Below are positions 24,730 to 35,800 of a DNA stretch of 64,000 nt, piece by piece. This DNA is from Macrostomum lignano (Eukaryota). The stretch covers positions 124,001-188,000 of the forward strand of contig NIVC01001855.1 in the NCBI GenBank assembly GCA_002269645.1, read 5' to 3'. The position numbers and the translations under genes were made by a program. Numbering within the stretch: position 1 is the stretch's first letter; each line of letters begins with the position of its first letter. The notes beneath the pieces were generated by a model, which was not told the origin of the DNA, searched no databases, and saw only the letters and a program-made list of their open reading frames with translations.

Positions 24730-26039
24730 AGATTTGTAGATATTGACTATTAAAACAATGGCTATCTTCTTGAACCGTTCGTATAATTCCAACCCCCACT
24801 CCCCACCACCCTTGAATACATACATGCGCAACAGTCGGCCGAGTCGGCCGATCCGGCCGACCGATTTGGCGGCCAATCAAGGAAGTCGCAAAAATGCCCA
24901 CCCAAAAAATAACCCGAGTAGTAGTACTAAGTAGCTGACGAGGCATTTTAGCTTAATAAAACAGTCATAGTTACTCCTGCCGTTTACCCAAAGTTGTGTT
25001 AATTTTGCTTTCGGGTTTTTTTATATGTAAGTCGCATTTTTGGCCAAAAACTACGTCGCATTTTTGTTAAAACTAAGTCGCACGGCTGACCGAATTTTGG
25101 AGGTTGCACATGTATGCTTGAATAGAGGGTGAAATAATTCCGGAAATAATTAAACAAACAATTCAAGAAGATTGCCTAAAACAACTGTCTTACTATTTGT
25201 ATAGTCACTATAAACAGAAAACAGTCACAATAGGCCTAGGGCCTAACAATTGTTGGCTTTTAAATTAATGCTAGAAATTACCATTTCTTAATTTTAAAAA
25301 TAGGCAGCATAGGCTTAATAAAATAATCAAAATCATCTATTTTTGTAAAGACAAGTTTTTTTAATAGCCATTTATTAAAGTTCTAAGATCTTGATAACCA
25401 AGATCAAGATCTTGTCTAACCCTTATTTATTATCATTTTAATGAAAGGCAGAAAGCTAAATAAATATTTTTAAAGTTTTTCTTAACAAATTAACTTTCTT
25501 TATTTTCTTGTATTTCTAATTTCAAATTTCATTTTACTTATATAATTGCATTACAAAGCTAGGGCCTAATCATTTGCAAAAACCTAGTCTATATGACTAT
25601 ATATTAACTTCTGTTTTTATTGAAATTTGCCTTTACTATATACATATGGGCATTGGCAAGTCATGGGACCCTCATTAAAGTCCTTAACTATAGCAAATTT
25701 TGTTTTTTGAGTTAAGTATAAGTTGTTTATATTTTATATAAACTATAACACAAAAACCTAGTAGGCATTTTACTATTAATAACAAATATAGACATGCTAT
25801 AAATTGACTACCAATCTTGACCTGAACCCTCTAACCCCAACCCTAACCTTAAACCCATGCTTGGCTGCAACCTAGGGATTCACCTGCCATTTCTATGAGC
25901 AAAACACACATGTAAGTTGCTATTAGAGCTCACCCTTTCTTAACCTGAACCAATTCTTAACCTTGTGTGTTTTGCCAATAGAAATGGCTAGGTGATTCCC
26001 AAGGTTGCACATGAATACCCAAACCCCAACCTGGAGGTG

Positions 26040-26305
26040 CCCCAACCCTAACCTGAACCCCAAACCTAACCTGAACCCCAACCCCAACCCTAACCTGAAC
26101 CAACCCTAAACTGAACCCCAACCCTAACCTGAACCCCAACCCTAACCTGAACCCCAAACCTAACCTAAACCCTAACCCCAACCCTAACCTGAACCCCAAA
26201 CCTAACCTGAACCCTAACCCCAACCCTAACCTGAACCCCAAACCTAACCTGAACCCTAACCCCAACCCTAACCTGAACCCCAAACCTAACCTGAACCCCA
26301 ACCTT
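26040..26305. repeat. Telomere-like hexamer-variant array (CCCTAA/CCCCAA/CCTGAA/CCTAAA)
   Basis: Direct reading. Ends about 120 bp upstream of the FBXO ATG. Confidence 0.85.
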
Positions 26306-26425
26306 AGCATAAATTGTCAGCAATCAAATATTCGGCTCCCACTTTCATTGCTAATTAGCGAATTGCATTTCCAACAAAAACAAAAGCCCAACTGCTACAG
26401 ACCACGTGATCTCTGAACCTATTGC

Positions 26426-28602
26426 ATGGACAACATCTGCGCCAATCATTGCTGCCGCTGTCACAGGCGCAGCTGCGACCTCGGCTGCGACATGATTCAC
26501 TGCAACTGCGGTGCCTGTTTCCACGCCTGCAAACGGCCGGATCACCTGTTGATTTGTCCCAGGCAGCTGGTCCCCTGCATCAATGTTGCTTACGGTTGCG
26601 ACAGGCGATTGCCTCGTCAGCAGTTGGCCAGTCACCTGCCTGTCTGTCCGGCCTCCATTGTCCAGTGCCCGCTGATGCTGTTTCCGGAGTTCGTGACGTC
26701 ATCCATGAGCGTCGCCTGTCCGGATGGGGACGGATTTTGTCGATCGAATTTCGACAGCGCCCTCTGCCTGTCGCTGATGCTTAAAGAGCGTCGGCCGGCG
26801 TCTAGTAATAATAATTACAGTAACAGTAAGTCTGCCAAGTCTGTTGCTAATAACAACAATTATGGAGAAGGTCATCGGGCTGGCAGTGAGCCGCTAGACC
26901 AGTTGCTAGGCTACCGTAGTCAAGGACTCGGCGATCGTGATGATGATAAAGAAGAGGCTGGGGAGAAATCGGCCGAGCAGCCTCATCGACTGCCAAGCAG
27001 CGGCCTGTCCGCTCGGATTCTGAGCTGCCTTGCCGAGTCGCCAAATCTTCATCAACACCAGCCTCCGCTGCCGCAGCTTGTCAATCATCACTTGGCGTTT
27101 GTTAATCCTGGCGACGGCTGTCCGAGGGCTCACGATTGGCGTCCGCGCGGTGCTCGGGTGTGCTCTCAGGTGAGCTGCGGGTTCTGTTCTGTCTGCTTAA
27201 GTATCTTACAGGGGTCTGTACTCAAGTATCTTACAGGTGTCTACTCTAGTATCTTACAGGTGTCTGTACTCAAGTATCTTACAGGTGTCTGTACTCTAGT
27301 ATCTTACAGGTGTCTGTACTCAAGTATCTTACAGGTGTCTGTACTCAAGTATCTTACAGGTGTCTGTACTCAAGTATCTTACAGGTGTCTGTACTCAAGT
27401 ATCTTACAGGTGTCTGTACTCAAGTATCTTACAGGTGTCTGTACTCAAGTATCTTACAGGTGTCTGTACTCCAGTATCTTACAGGTGTCTGTACTCAAGT
27501 ATCTTACAGGTGTCTGTACTCAAGTATCTTAAAGGTGTCTGTACTCAAGAATCTGCAAGATTCTGTACTTTGTTACTAAGTCAATCCTTTTATTATCTTT
27601 AGTTGATGTGTGTTTTATAAAGTTTATAAAAAGATCTTTTTAAGGTAACCATTAGTAATGCGGTTATTCTAATCTCCTCCGCTCTCTGCCGCACAGGTTG
27701 TTCGTCGCGACGAGTTCTCTTGGCACGCAGCGCAGCACCTCCGCCTGTATCCCAACTTGTCCGGCAGCGACACCCTCGCGGCTGAGACAGTCTGTCCGCT
27801 GGCCTACCTGGGCTGCACCGCCCGCTTCACAGGCGATAAAGGCCTCGTGTTCGATCTGTTCGGGCACGCTTTCGCTCGCCGAGATACCTCTGTTGGTTGT
27901 CTTGGCGATGAGAAGGCTAGCGGTGTTGGAGACGATTCTAGCGATGATGATGGCTACTGTAGTGAGTGGGGTACGGGTTGGAGACGGTTTCGGGGCGATT
28001 GATTGGGATATGTATCCAGACAGACATACACAGACCGACAGACAGACAGGCAGGCAGGCAGGCAGACAGACAGACAGACAGACAGACACCAAGACAGACA
28101 GACAGACATACACAGACAGACAGACAGACAGACACTAAGACAGGCAGACAGACAGACAGGCAGGCAGACAGACCGACAGACAGACAGACCGACAGACAGA
28201 CAGACAGACAGGCAGGCAGGCAGGCAGACAGGCAGACAGGCAGGCAGACAGACAAACAGACGACAGACAGACAGGCAGGCAGGCAGGCAGGCAGGCAGAC
28301 AGACAGACGACAGACAGACAGACAGACAGACAGACAGGCAGACAGACAGACAGACAGACAGACAGGCAGACAGACAGACAGACGACAGGCAGGCAGACAG
28401 ACAGGCAGGCAGACAGACAGACAGGCAGGCAGACAGACAGACAGGCAGGCAGGCAGACAGACAGACAGACAGACAGACGACAGGCAGACAGACACTAAGA
28501 CACTAACACTAAGACAGGCAGACAGGCAGACAGACAGACAGGCAGACAGACAGACAGACAGACAGACGACAGGCAGACAGACACTAAGACACTAAGACAG
28601 GC

Positions 28603-28645
<43 letters not shown>

Positions 28646-29387
28646 TGACAGGCAACAGACAGACAGACAGACAGGCAGACAGACAGACAGACAGACAGAC
28701 GACAGGCAGACAGACACTAAGACAGGCAGACAGACAGACAGACAGACAGACAGATGACAGGCAACAGACAGACAGACAGACAGGCAGACAGACAGACAGA
28801 CAGACAGACGACAGGCAGACAGACACTAAGACACTAAGACAGGCAGACAGACAGACAGACGACAGGTAGACAGACACTAAGACACTAAGACAGGCAGACA
28901 GACAGACAGACAGACAGGCGGGCAGGCAGGCAGGCAGCATGCAGGCCGGTGGCAAAGTGAGACACACAGCTATCTCTGCGCCTATCAACTTCCACCCAGG
29001 CCCAGGCCTCATGACCCTACCAGACGAGCTGATCGATCGCATTCTGTCCTACCTGGACAGCCACGCCCTGTTGTGCCTTCGCTCAACTTGCCGGGCGATG
29101 CGCCACCGTCTTGATGACGATCGTTGGCGCCGCGGCCGAAGCTGTTGCGTTGAACTTGGCTGGAGCTGCTGGCTAACCAGAGCCCCACCGGTATCACCGG
29201 TTGGCGGCAGGTGTCCAAACCAAGCAGAGCCCGCTGGTTCGCCTCCGGCCAAGCCGCATTCGACCATCACCGGCCAGGGGGTCTGCCAGCTGCCGCTTGG
29301 ATGTCGAAGCATCTGGCCAGCTGCGAGTTCAACCAGCGATCGAGACTCAAACCGCTCCTGTGCGAGTGCGAGTGCTGCCTCCGCTGA
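26426..29387 (+). CDS. FBXO30/40: FBXO30/FBXO40-family TRAF-type zinc finger + F-box protein (about 465 aa if a 1-nt frameshift at ~29163 is corrected)
   Basis: Exons 26426-27169, 27697-27961 and 29000-29387. N-terminal CGACFHACKRPDHLLICPRQLVPCINVAYGC...HLPVCPASIVQC, then [17 protein letters not shown] and F-box LMTLPDELIDRILSYLDSHALLCLRSTCRAM. After TGGAG at 29161-29165 the family tail (WRQVSK..RWFAS..WMSKHLASCEFN..LLCECECCLR*) is in another frame. Confidence 0.88.
27197..27553. repeat. 25-bp minisatellite (CTCAAGTATCTTACAGGTGTCTGTA)n, FBXO intron 1
   Basis: Direct reading. Confidence 0.95.
28016..28937. repeat. (CAGA/CAGG)n compound microsatellite, FBXO intron 2
   Basis: Direct reading. 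Confidence 0.95.
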
Positions 29388-29389
29388 AG

Positions 29390-30190
29390 GGGGATAGCAG
29401 TGCTGCCTGTGCTGAGTGAGGGGGATGGCAGTGCTGCCTGTGCTGAGTGAGGGGGATAGCAGTGCTGCCTGTGCTGAGTGAGGGGGCTGTAGTGCTAAAT
29501 GAAATGAGACAGCAGTGTTGAATGAAGGGAGACATTGGTGCTGAATGAAGGGAGACAGTAGTGCTGAATGAAGGGAGACAGTAGTGCTGAATGAAGGGAG
29601 ACAGTAGTGCTGAATGAAGGGAGACAGTAGTGCTGAATGAAGGGCTGTAATGTAATGGAGTTTCTGTCTGCTTTTGGTTTCCTCCTTAGTTACCATTTTT
29701 CCTCTTTGCTGGGCTTGTAAAGTATTTTGTGGAGATTTAAGCTAACTGTAAGCCTCAGATCAGAGCCTCATGTTGCATGCTTATCGTTTGCGTTTTTAAA
29801 CCCATTTACCGTTATATGCGCTGATAGAGTTTTTCACTTCCTGATCTCTTTTCTTAGCCAGCTCGTTTGTCTGTTACCTACCGGTCTACCTCTTCCATTT
29901 ACCTACTATCTTCACTGTCCAATATTTCTCCCAGGCTACTTTTTTCGTGTCTACTCTCTCCCTGTTTACTCTCTCTGTCTACTCTCCCCTCTCTACTCTA
30001 CTCTCTCCGTGTCTACTCTCTCCCTCTCTACTCTACTCTCTCCCTCTCTACTCTCCCTGTCTACTCTCGCCATATCTACTCTCGCCATATCTACTCTCTC
30101 CCTGTCTACTCTTCTTGTCTACTTCTCGCCCTGTCTCCTTGTCTACTCTCTCCCTCTTTCCTCTCCCTATCCACTCTACCTATCCCCTAT
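29390..30190. repeat. Short arrays 3' of FBXO: 31-bp x3 (29390-29480), 23-bp x5 (29520-29645), CT-rich degenerate array (29945-30185)
   Basis: Direct reading. Confidence 0.8.
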
Positions 30191-30330
30191 TCCTGAGCCT
30201 AAATGCACGCGTGTACAAAGACTGCAACTGTAGCGTTGTATAATTGGCGTGACAGTTGTTTATTCAAGCGTACAATAAATTATCATTCAAATAGCAAATA
30301 GCATTTTTGTGCTGTTGGCATGCCCAGCAG

Positions 30331-31467
30331 GTTACTGACCTTGGACTGATGGAGGCAGAGAATGCTTGTCCTTTGGCCTACCTTGGCTGCGGGGCCAGAT
30401 ATGCCGATTATTGTGCTGGCAACGATGGCCTAGTCACTGTTGACTCTGCTGGTTGCTATGGCAACGAGAATTGCGTCAGCGAGAGCACTGATGAAAGCAA
30501 AGGTGTGAATGAGCAAGTCAATTTTAATGCTTATTCAATATTTATTGAAGAAGATACAAATGCCGGTGAAAGTAGGCCAGGTAGAGAGACAGGTGAGGGT
30601 AGAGAGACAGGTGAGGGTAGAGAGACAGGTGAGGGTAGAGAGACGGGTGAGGGTAGAGAGACGGGTGAGGGTAGAGAGACAGGTGAGGGTAGAGAGACAG
30701 GTGAGGTTAGAGACAGGTGAGGGTAGAGAGACAGGTGAGGGTAGAGAGACAGGTGAGGGTAGAGAGACAGGTGAGGGTAGAGAGACAGGTGAGGGTAGAG
30801 ACAGGTGAGGGTAGAGAGACGGGTGAGGGTAGAGACAGGTGAGGTTAGAGAGACAGGTGAGGGTAGAGAGACGGGTGAGGGTAAAGACAGGTGAGGGTAG
30901 AGAGACAGGTGAGGGTAGAGACAGGTGAGGGTAGAGAGACAGGTGAGGGTAGAGAGACAGGTGAGGGTAGAGAGACGGGTGAGGGTAGAGAGACAGGTGA
31001 GGGTAGAGAGACGGGTGAGGGTAGAGAGACAGGTGAGGGTAGAGAGACAGGTGAGGGTAGAGAGACAGGTGAGGGTAGAGACAGGTGAGGGTAGAGAGAC
31101 AGGTGAGGGTAGAGAGACAGGTGAGGGTAGAGAGACAGGTGAGGGTAGAGAGACAGGTGAGGGTAGAGAGACAGGTGAGGGTAGAGAGACAGGTGAGGGT
31201 AGAGAGACAGGTGAGGGTAGAGACAGGTGAGGGTAGAGAGACAGGTGAGGGTAGAGAGACAGGTGAGGGTAGAGAGACAGGTGAGGGTAAGGAAATATAC
31301 TCTTATTAAATAACAATTATAACACTAATATCCCTATTTCGAACCATTTCCTTCCAGGGCGCCTGCCCCCGGGAGCCTGGCAGTCAAAGCACTTGAAGAA
31401 GTGCAAGTTTAACAAGCCGTGCTTTATTCAAAGAGCTTCCAGACCTGTTAAAGTAATGTTTTTGTGA
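30331..31467 (+). CDS. Duplicated FBXO 3' exons lacking the F-box (candidate alternative terminal exons or partial paralog)
   Basis: Exon 30331-30580 (CAG|GTT, phase 0 to 1; [24 protein letters not shown]...) and exon 31358-31467 (CTTCCAG|GG; [36 protein letters not shown]). AATAAA at 31492-31497. Confidence 0.6.
30581..31288. repeat. 18/16-bp GA-rich minisatellite (GTGAGGGTAGAGAGACAG)n
   Basis: Starts right at the GT donor of the duplicated exon. Confidence 0.95.
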
Positions 31468-31848
31468 ATCTCCAATAATGTGAAAGATACAAATAAAAGA
31501 AAGCACTCAGTTTTTAAACCTGATTTAATTACACAGTTCTGTTATATTTCCAAATCTATTTTTTAACTACTTATTGCCTTAAGTAGCCATTGATCATTGG
31601 CATATTCGTGATATAATTAAGTATCGGCTTCAAAGAGAAAGATTTTTCTGATTTTGCTTTCAATCATAAATAAATCTGTCACATTTGCGTGTAGTTCGGA
31701 TGCTTAATTTTTTACTCCTTTTTATTTACTGCCCTAATATTTAAATTGAAACTGTTAAACTAATATATTCATATATTAATAATTGTTGCTGTTTCTCTCT
31801 ATTTAAATTCATTTTTATCCTGTCATTTTGTATGCCAGATTATAGGCT

Positions 31849-32722
31849 CAAGCTACCAGATCTCACCCAAGCTACCAGATCTCACCCAAGCTACCAGATC
31901 TCACCCAAGCTACCAGATCTCACCCAAGCTACCAGATCTCACCCAAGCTACCAGATCTCACCCCAGCTACCAGATCTCACCCAAGCTACCAGATCTCACC
32001 CCAGCTACCAGATCTCACCCCAGCTACCAGATCTCACCCCAGCTACCAAATTCTCACTTCAAGCTACCAGATCTCACCCAAGCTACCAGAAGATCTCACC
32101 CAAGCTACCAGATCTCACCCCAGCTACCAGATCTCACCTAAAGCTACCAGACCTCACCCCAACTACCAGATCTCATCTAAGCTACCAGATTCTCACTTCA
32201 AGCTACCAGATCCCACTTGAAGCTACCAGATCTTACCCCAGCTACCAGATCTCACCTAAAGCTACCAGACCTCACCCCAGCTACCAGATCTCACCTAAAG
32301 CTACCAGACCTCACCCCAGCTACCAGATCTCACCTAAAGCTACCAGACCTCACCCCAGCTACCAGATCCCACCCCAGCTACCAGATCTCACCCCAGCTAC
32401 CAGACCTCACCCCAGCTACCAGATCCCACCCCAGCTACCAGATCTTACCCCAGCTACCAGATCTCACCTAAAGCTACCAGACCTCACCCCAGCTACCAGA
32501 TCTCACCTAAAGCTACCAGATTCTCACTTCAAGCTACCAGATCCCACTTGAAGCTACCAGACCTCACCCCAGCTACCAGATCTCACCTAAAGCTACCAGA
32601 CCTCACTCCAGCTACCAGATCTCACCTAAAGCTACCAGACCTCACCCCAGCTACCAGATCCCACCTGAAGCTACTAGATCTCACCCCAGCTACCAGACCT
32701 CACCCCAGCGACCAGATCTCCC
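31849..32722. repeat. 19-bp minisatellite (TCACCCAAGCTACCAGATC)n upstream of PLAA, ending before an acceptor at ~32759
   Basis: Direct reading. TTTTTTCCACTGCAG follows. Confidence 0.92.
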
Positions 32723-32830
32723 AAAAATTTCTAATACAAGATTATTTTTTCCACTGCAGCTGAAAGCCGCGGTTGCCAAGGCAAAGCCAGGACAATCCAA
32801 GCACCAAGCCAATCCCAGACAGAAGTACCC

Positions 32831-35800
32831 ATGGCATCGGCCAGCACGTTCCGACCCTACAGATTGAGCTGCAGCCTTCTAGGCCACGAGAAAGACGTGA
32901 AAGCCCTGTGCTCGGTGACCTCCCCTGCCCTGTCTGGGGCTGCCTGTATCGCCAGCGCCAGTCGCGATCGAACAGCTCGAGTTTGGAGTCCGGATCTGGC
33001 TGCTGAAGATGGAGCGGTTGGTTACACGGAGTGCCTGGGCCTGTGCTCGCATGCCGGCTACGTGAATGCCGTTGCTTGGATGGACCCGTGCGACTGGTGC
33101 CCTGGTGGCCTGCTGTACACCGCTGGAATGGACAAGGTGGGTAGCTGGGAGATGGGAGAGTACTACTCATTATTCCCTGTGTTTTCGTCGCATTCTTAAT
33201 TCCTTATTATTATTTTTTCCCATGAATCCCCATCCTCCCCATCATATTTCCCCATAAATCCCCATTCTCCCCATCATATTCCCCATGAATCCCCATTCTC
33301 CCCATCATATTTCCCCATAAATCCCCATTCTCCCACCATATTTCCCCATGAATCCCCATTCTCCCCACCATATTCCCCATGAATCCCCATTCTCCCCATC
33401 ATATTTCCCCATAAATCCCCATTCTCCCCATCATATTCCCCATGAATCCCCATTCTCCCCATCATATTTCCCCATAAATCCCCATTCTCCCCACCATATT
33501 TCCCCATAAATCCCCATTCTCCCCACCATATTTCCCCATAAATCCCCATTCTCCCCACCATATTTCCCCATAAATCCCCATTCTCCCCACCATATTCCCC
33601 ATGAATCCCCATTCTCCCCATCATATTTCCCCATAAATCCCCATTCTCCCCACCATATTCCCCATGAATCCCCATTCTCCCCACCATATTCCCCATGAAT
33701 CCCCATTCTCCCCATCATATTTCCCCATAAATCCCCATTCTCCCCACCATATTCCCCATGAATCCCCATTCTCCCCATCATATTTCCCCATAAATCCCCA
33801 TTCTCCCCACCATATTCCCCATGAATTCCCCCTTCTCCCCACCATATTCCCCATGAATCCCCATTCTCCCCATCATATTTCCCCATGAATCCCCCTTCTC
33901 CCCACCATATTCCCCATGAATCCCCATTCTCCCCATCATATTTCCCATAAATCCCCATTCTCCCCATCATATTTCCCCATAAATCCCCATTCTCCCCACC
34001 ATATTCCCCATGAATTCCCCCTTCTCCCCACCATATTCCCGATGAATTCCCCATTATCCCCATCATATTTCCCCATAAATCCCCATTCTCCCCACCATAT
34101 TCCTCATGAATTCCCCCTTCTCCCCACCATATTCCCGATGAATTCCCCATTCTCCCCATCATATTTCCCCATAAATCCCCATTCTCCCCACCATATTCCC
34201 CATGAATTCCCCCTTCTCCCCACCATATTCCCCATAAATCCTCATTCTCCCCACCATATTTCCCAATGAATCCCCCTTCTCCCCACCATATTCCCCATGA
34301 ATCCCCATTCTCCCCATCATATTTCCCCATAAATCCCCATTCTCCCCACCATATTCCCCATGAATCCCGCTACTTCCCACCATGTTCCCCATGAATCCCT
34401 ATTCTCCCCTTCATATTTCCCCATAAAGTCCTCTTATTCTCAATATATATATATATAACTTTCTATCCCTTTCTTGATAACTTTTTGGATAAAATCCCAT
34501 TGTATCCTATCGCCAAATGCCCCCCTCTCAACCAGGTAATATTCGCCTTCACCCTGGACTCGCCCGAGCCAGTCGCCCGTCTCGAAGGTCACGAAGCGAA
34601 CGTCTGCGGCCTGAGCTGCGCCGGCCCGCACGGATCCAGCGGCCGCCAGCTGCTCAGCGCCAGCTGGGACCGAACCGCTCGACTGTGGCGTCGCAACCGC
34701 TGCGTGGCCGTGTTCGCTGGCGGCCACGAGGCGGCGGTCTGGTCCGCTATCAGCTTCGACCCGGAGGAGGCGCTGGTCGCCACGGCCGGGGCGGACAGAC
34801 AGATCAAGCTGTGGCCGATGGAGCTCGGCACGGATAAGGATGGCGAGACTGAACTGGTAACTGGGACTTCGAATTTCGGATTGTGGGATTGGGATTTCAA
34901 TTTGGGGAGTCGGGATTTCAAGTGGGAGGGTTGAGGATTCAAATTGTGGAATCGGGATTTCAGACTGGGGAATTAGGATTTCAGATTGGGGAATTGGGAT
35001 TTCAGGTTGGAGAATTTGGGATTCTAGCTTAGAGAATTGGGATTTCAGATTTAGAAATTGGGATTTCAGGTTGGAAAATAGATTTAAAATGGTTGAATTG
35101 GGATTTCAGATTAGGGAATTGGGATTTCAGATTGGAGAATTGCGATTTTAGATTAGAGAATAGGGATTTTAGATTGGGGAACTGGGATTTCAGATTATGG
35201 AATTGGGATTTCAGATTGGAGAATTGCGATTTCAGGTTAAGGAATTCGGATTTCAGATTGGAGAACTGCGATTTTAGATTAGAGAATTGGGATTTTAGAT
35301 TGGGGAATTGGGATTTTAGATTAGGGAATTGGGATTTCAGATTAGGGAACTGAGATTTCAGATTATGGAATTAGGATTTCAGATTAGGGAACTGGGATTT
35401 CAGATTAGGGAATTGAAATTTCAGATTGGGGAATTGGGATTTTAGATTATAGAATTGGGATTTCAGATTAGGGAATTGGGATTTCAGATTGGGGAATTGG
35501 GATTTCAGATTAGGGAATTGGGATTTCAGATTAGGGAACTGGGATTTTATAGCTGTTAGTAATAATATCCTAAGCACGAATACGTATTTTATTAACTCAA
35601 CAGCCGCAGCAGCTGGCCAAGCCCTCCAGCGTGACGACTCTCTCTGGTCACTTCGACGCCGTTCGCGGCCTCTGCCGCCTCCCCAATCGCCGATTTGTGT
35701 CCTGCAGCAACGACGCCACGCTCCGACTGTGGCACCTGCACGCCACCTCCAGTCAGATGACATTTGAAGGTCACGCCGGTTTCGTCTACGCCGTCGCCGC

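Noticed and set aside
25100-25875. AGGTTGCA / TGCAACCT possible TIR pair
   Set aside because: Only 8 bp, with no target-site duplication.
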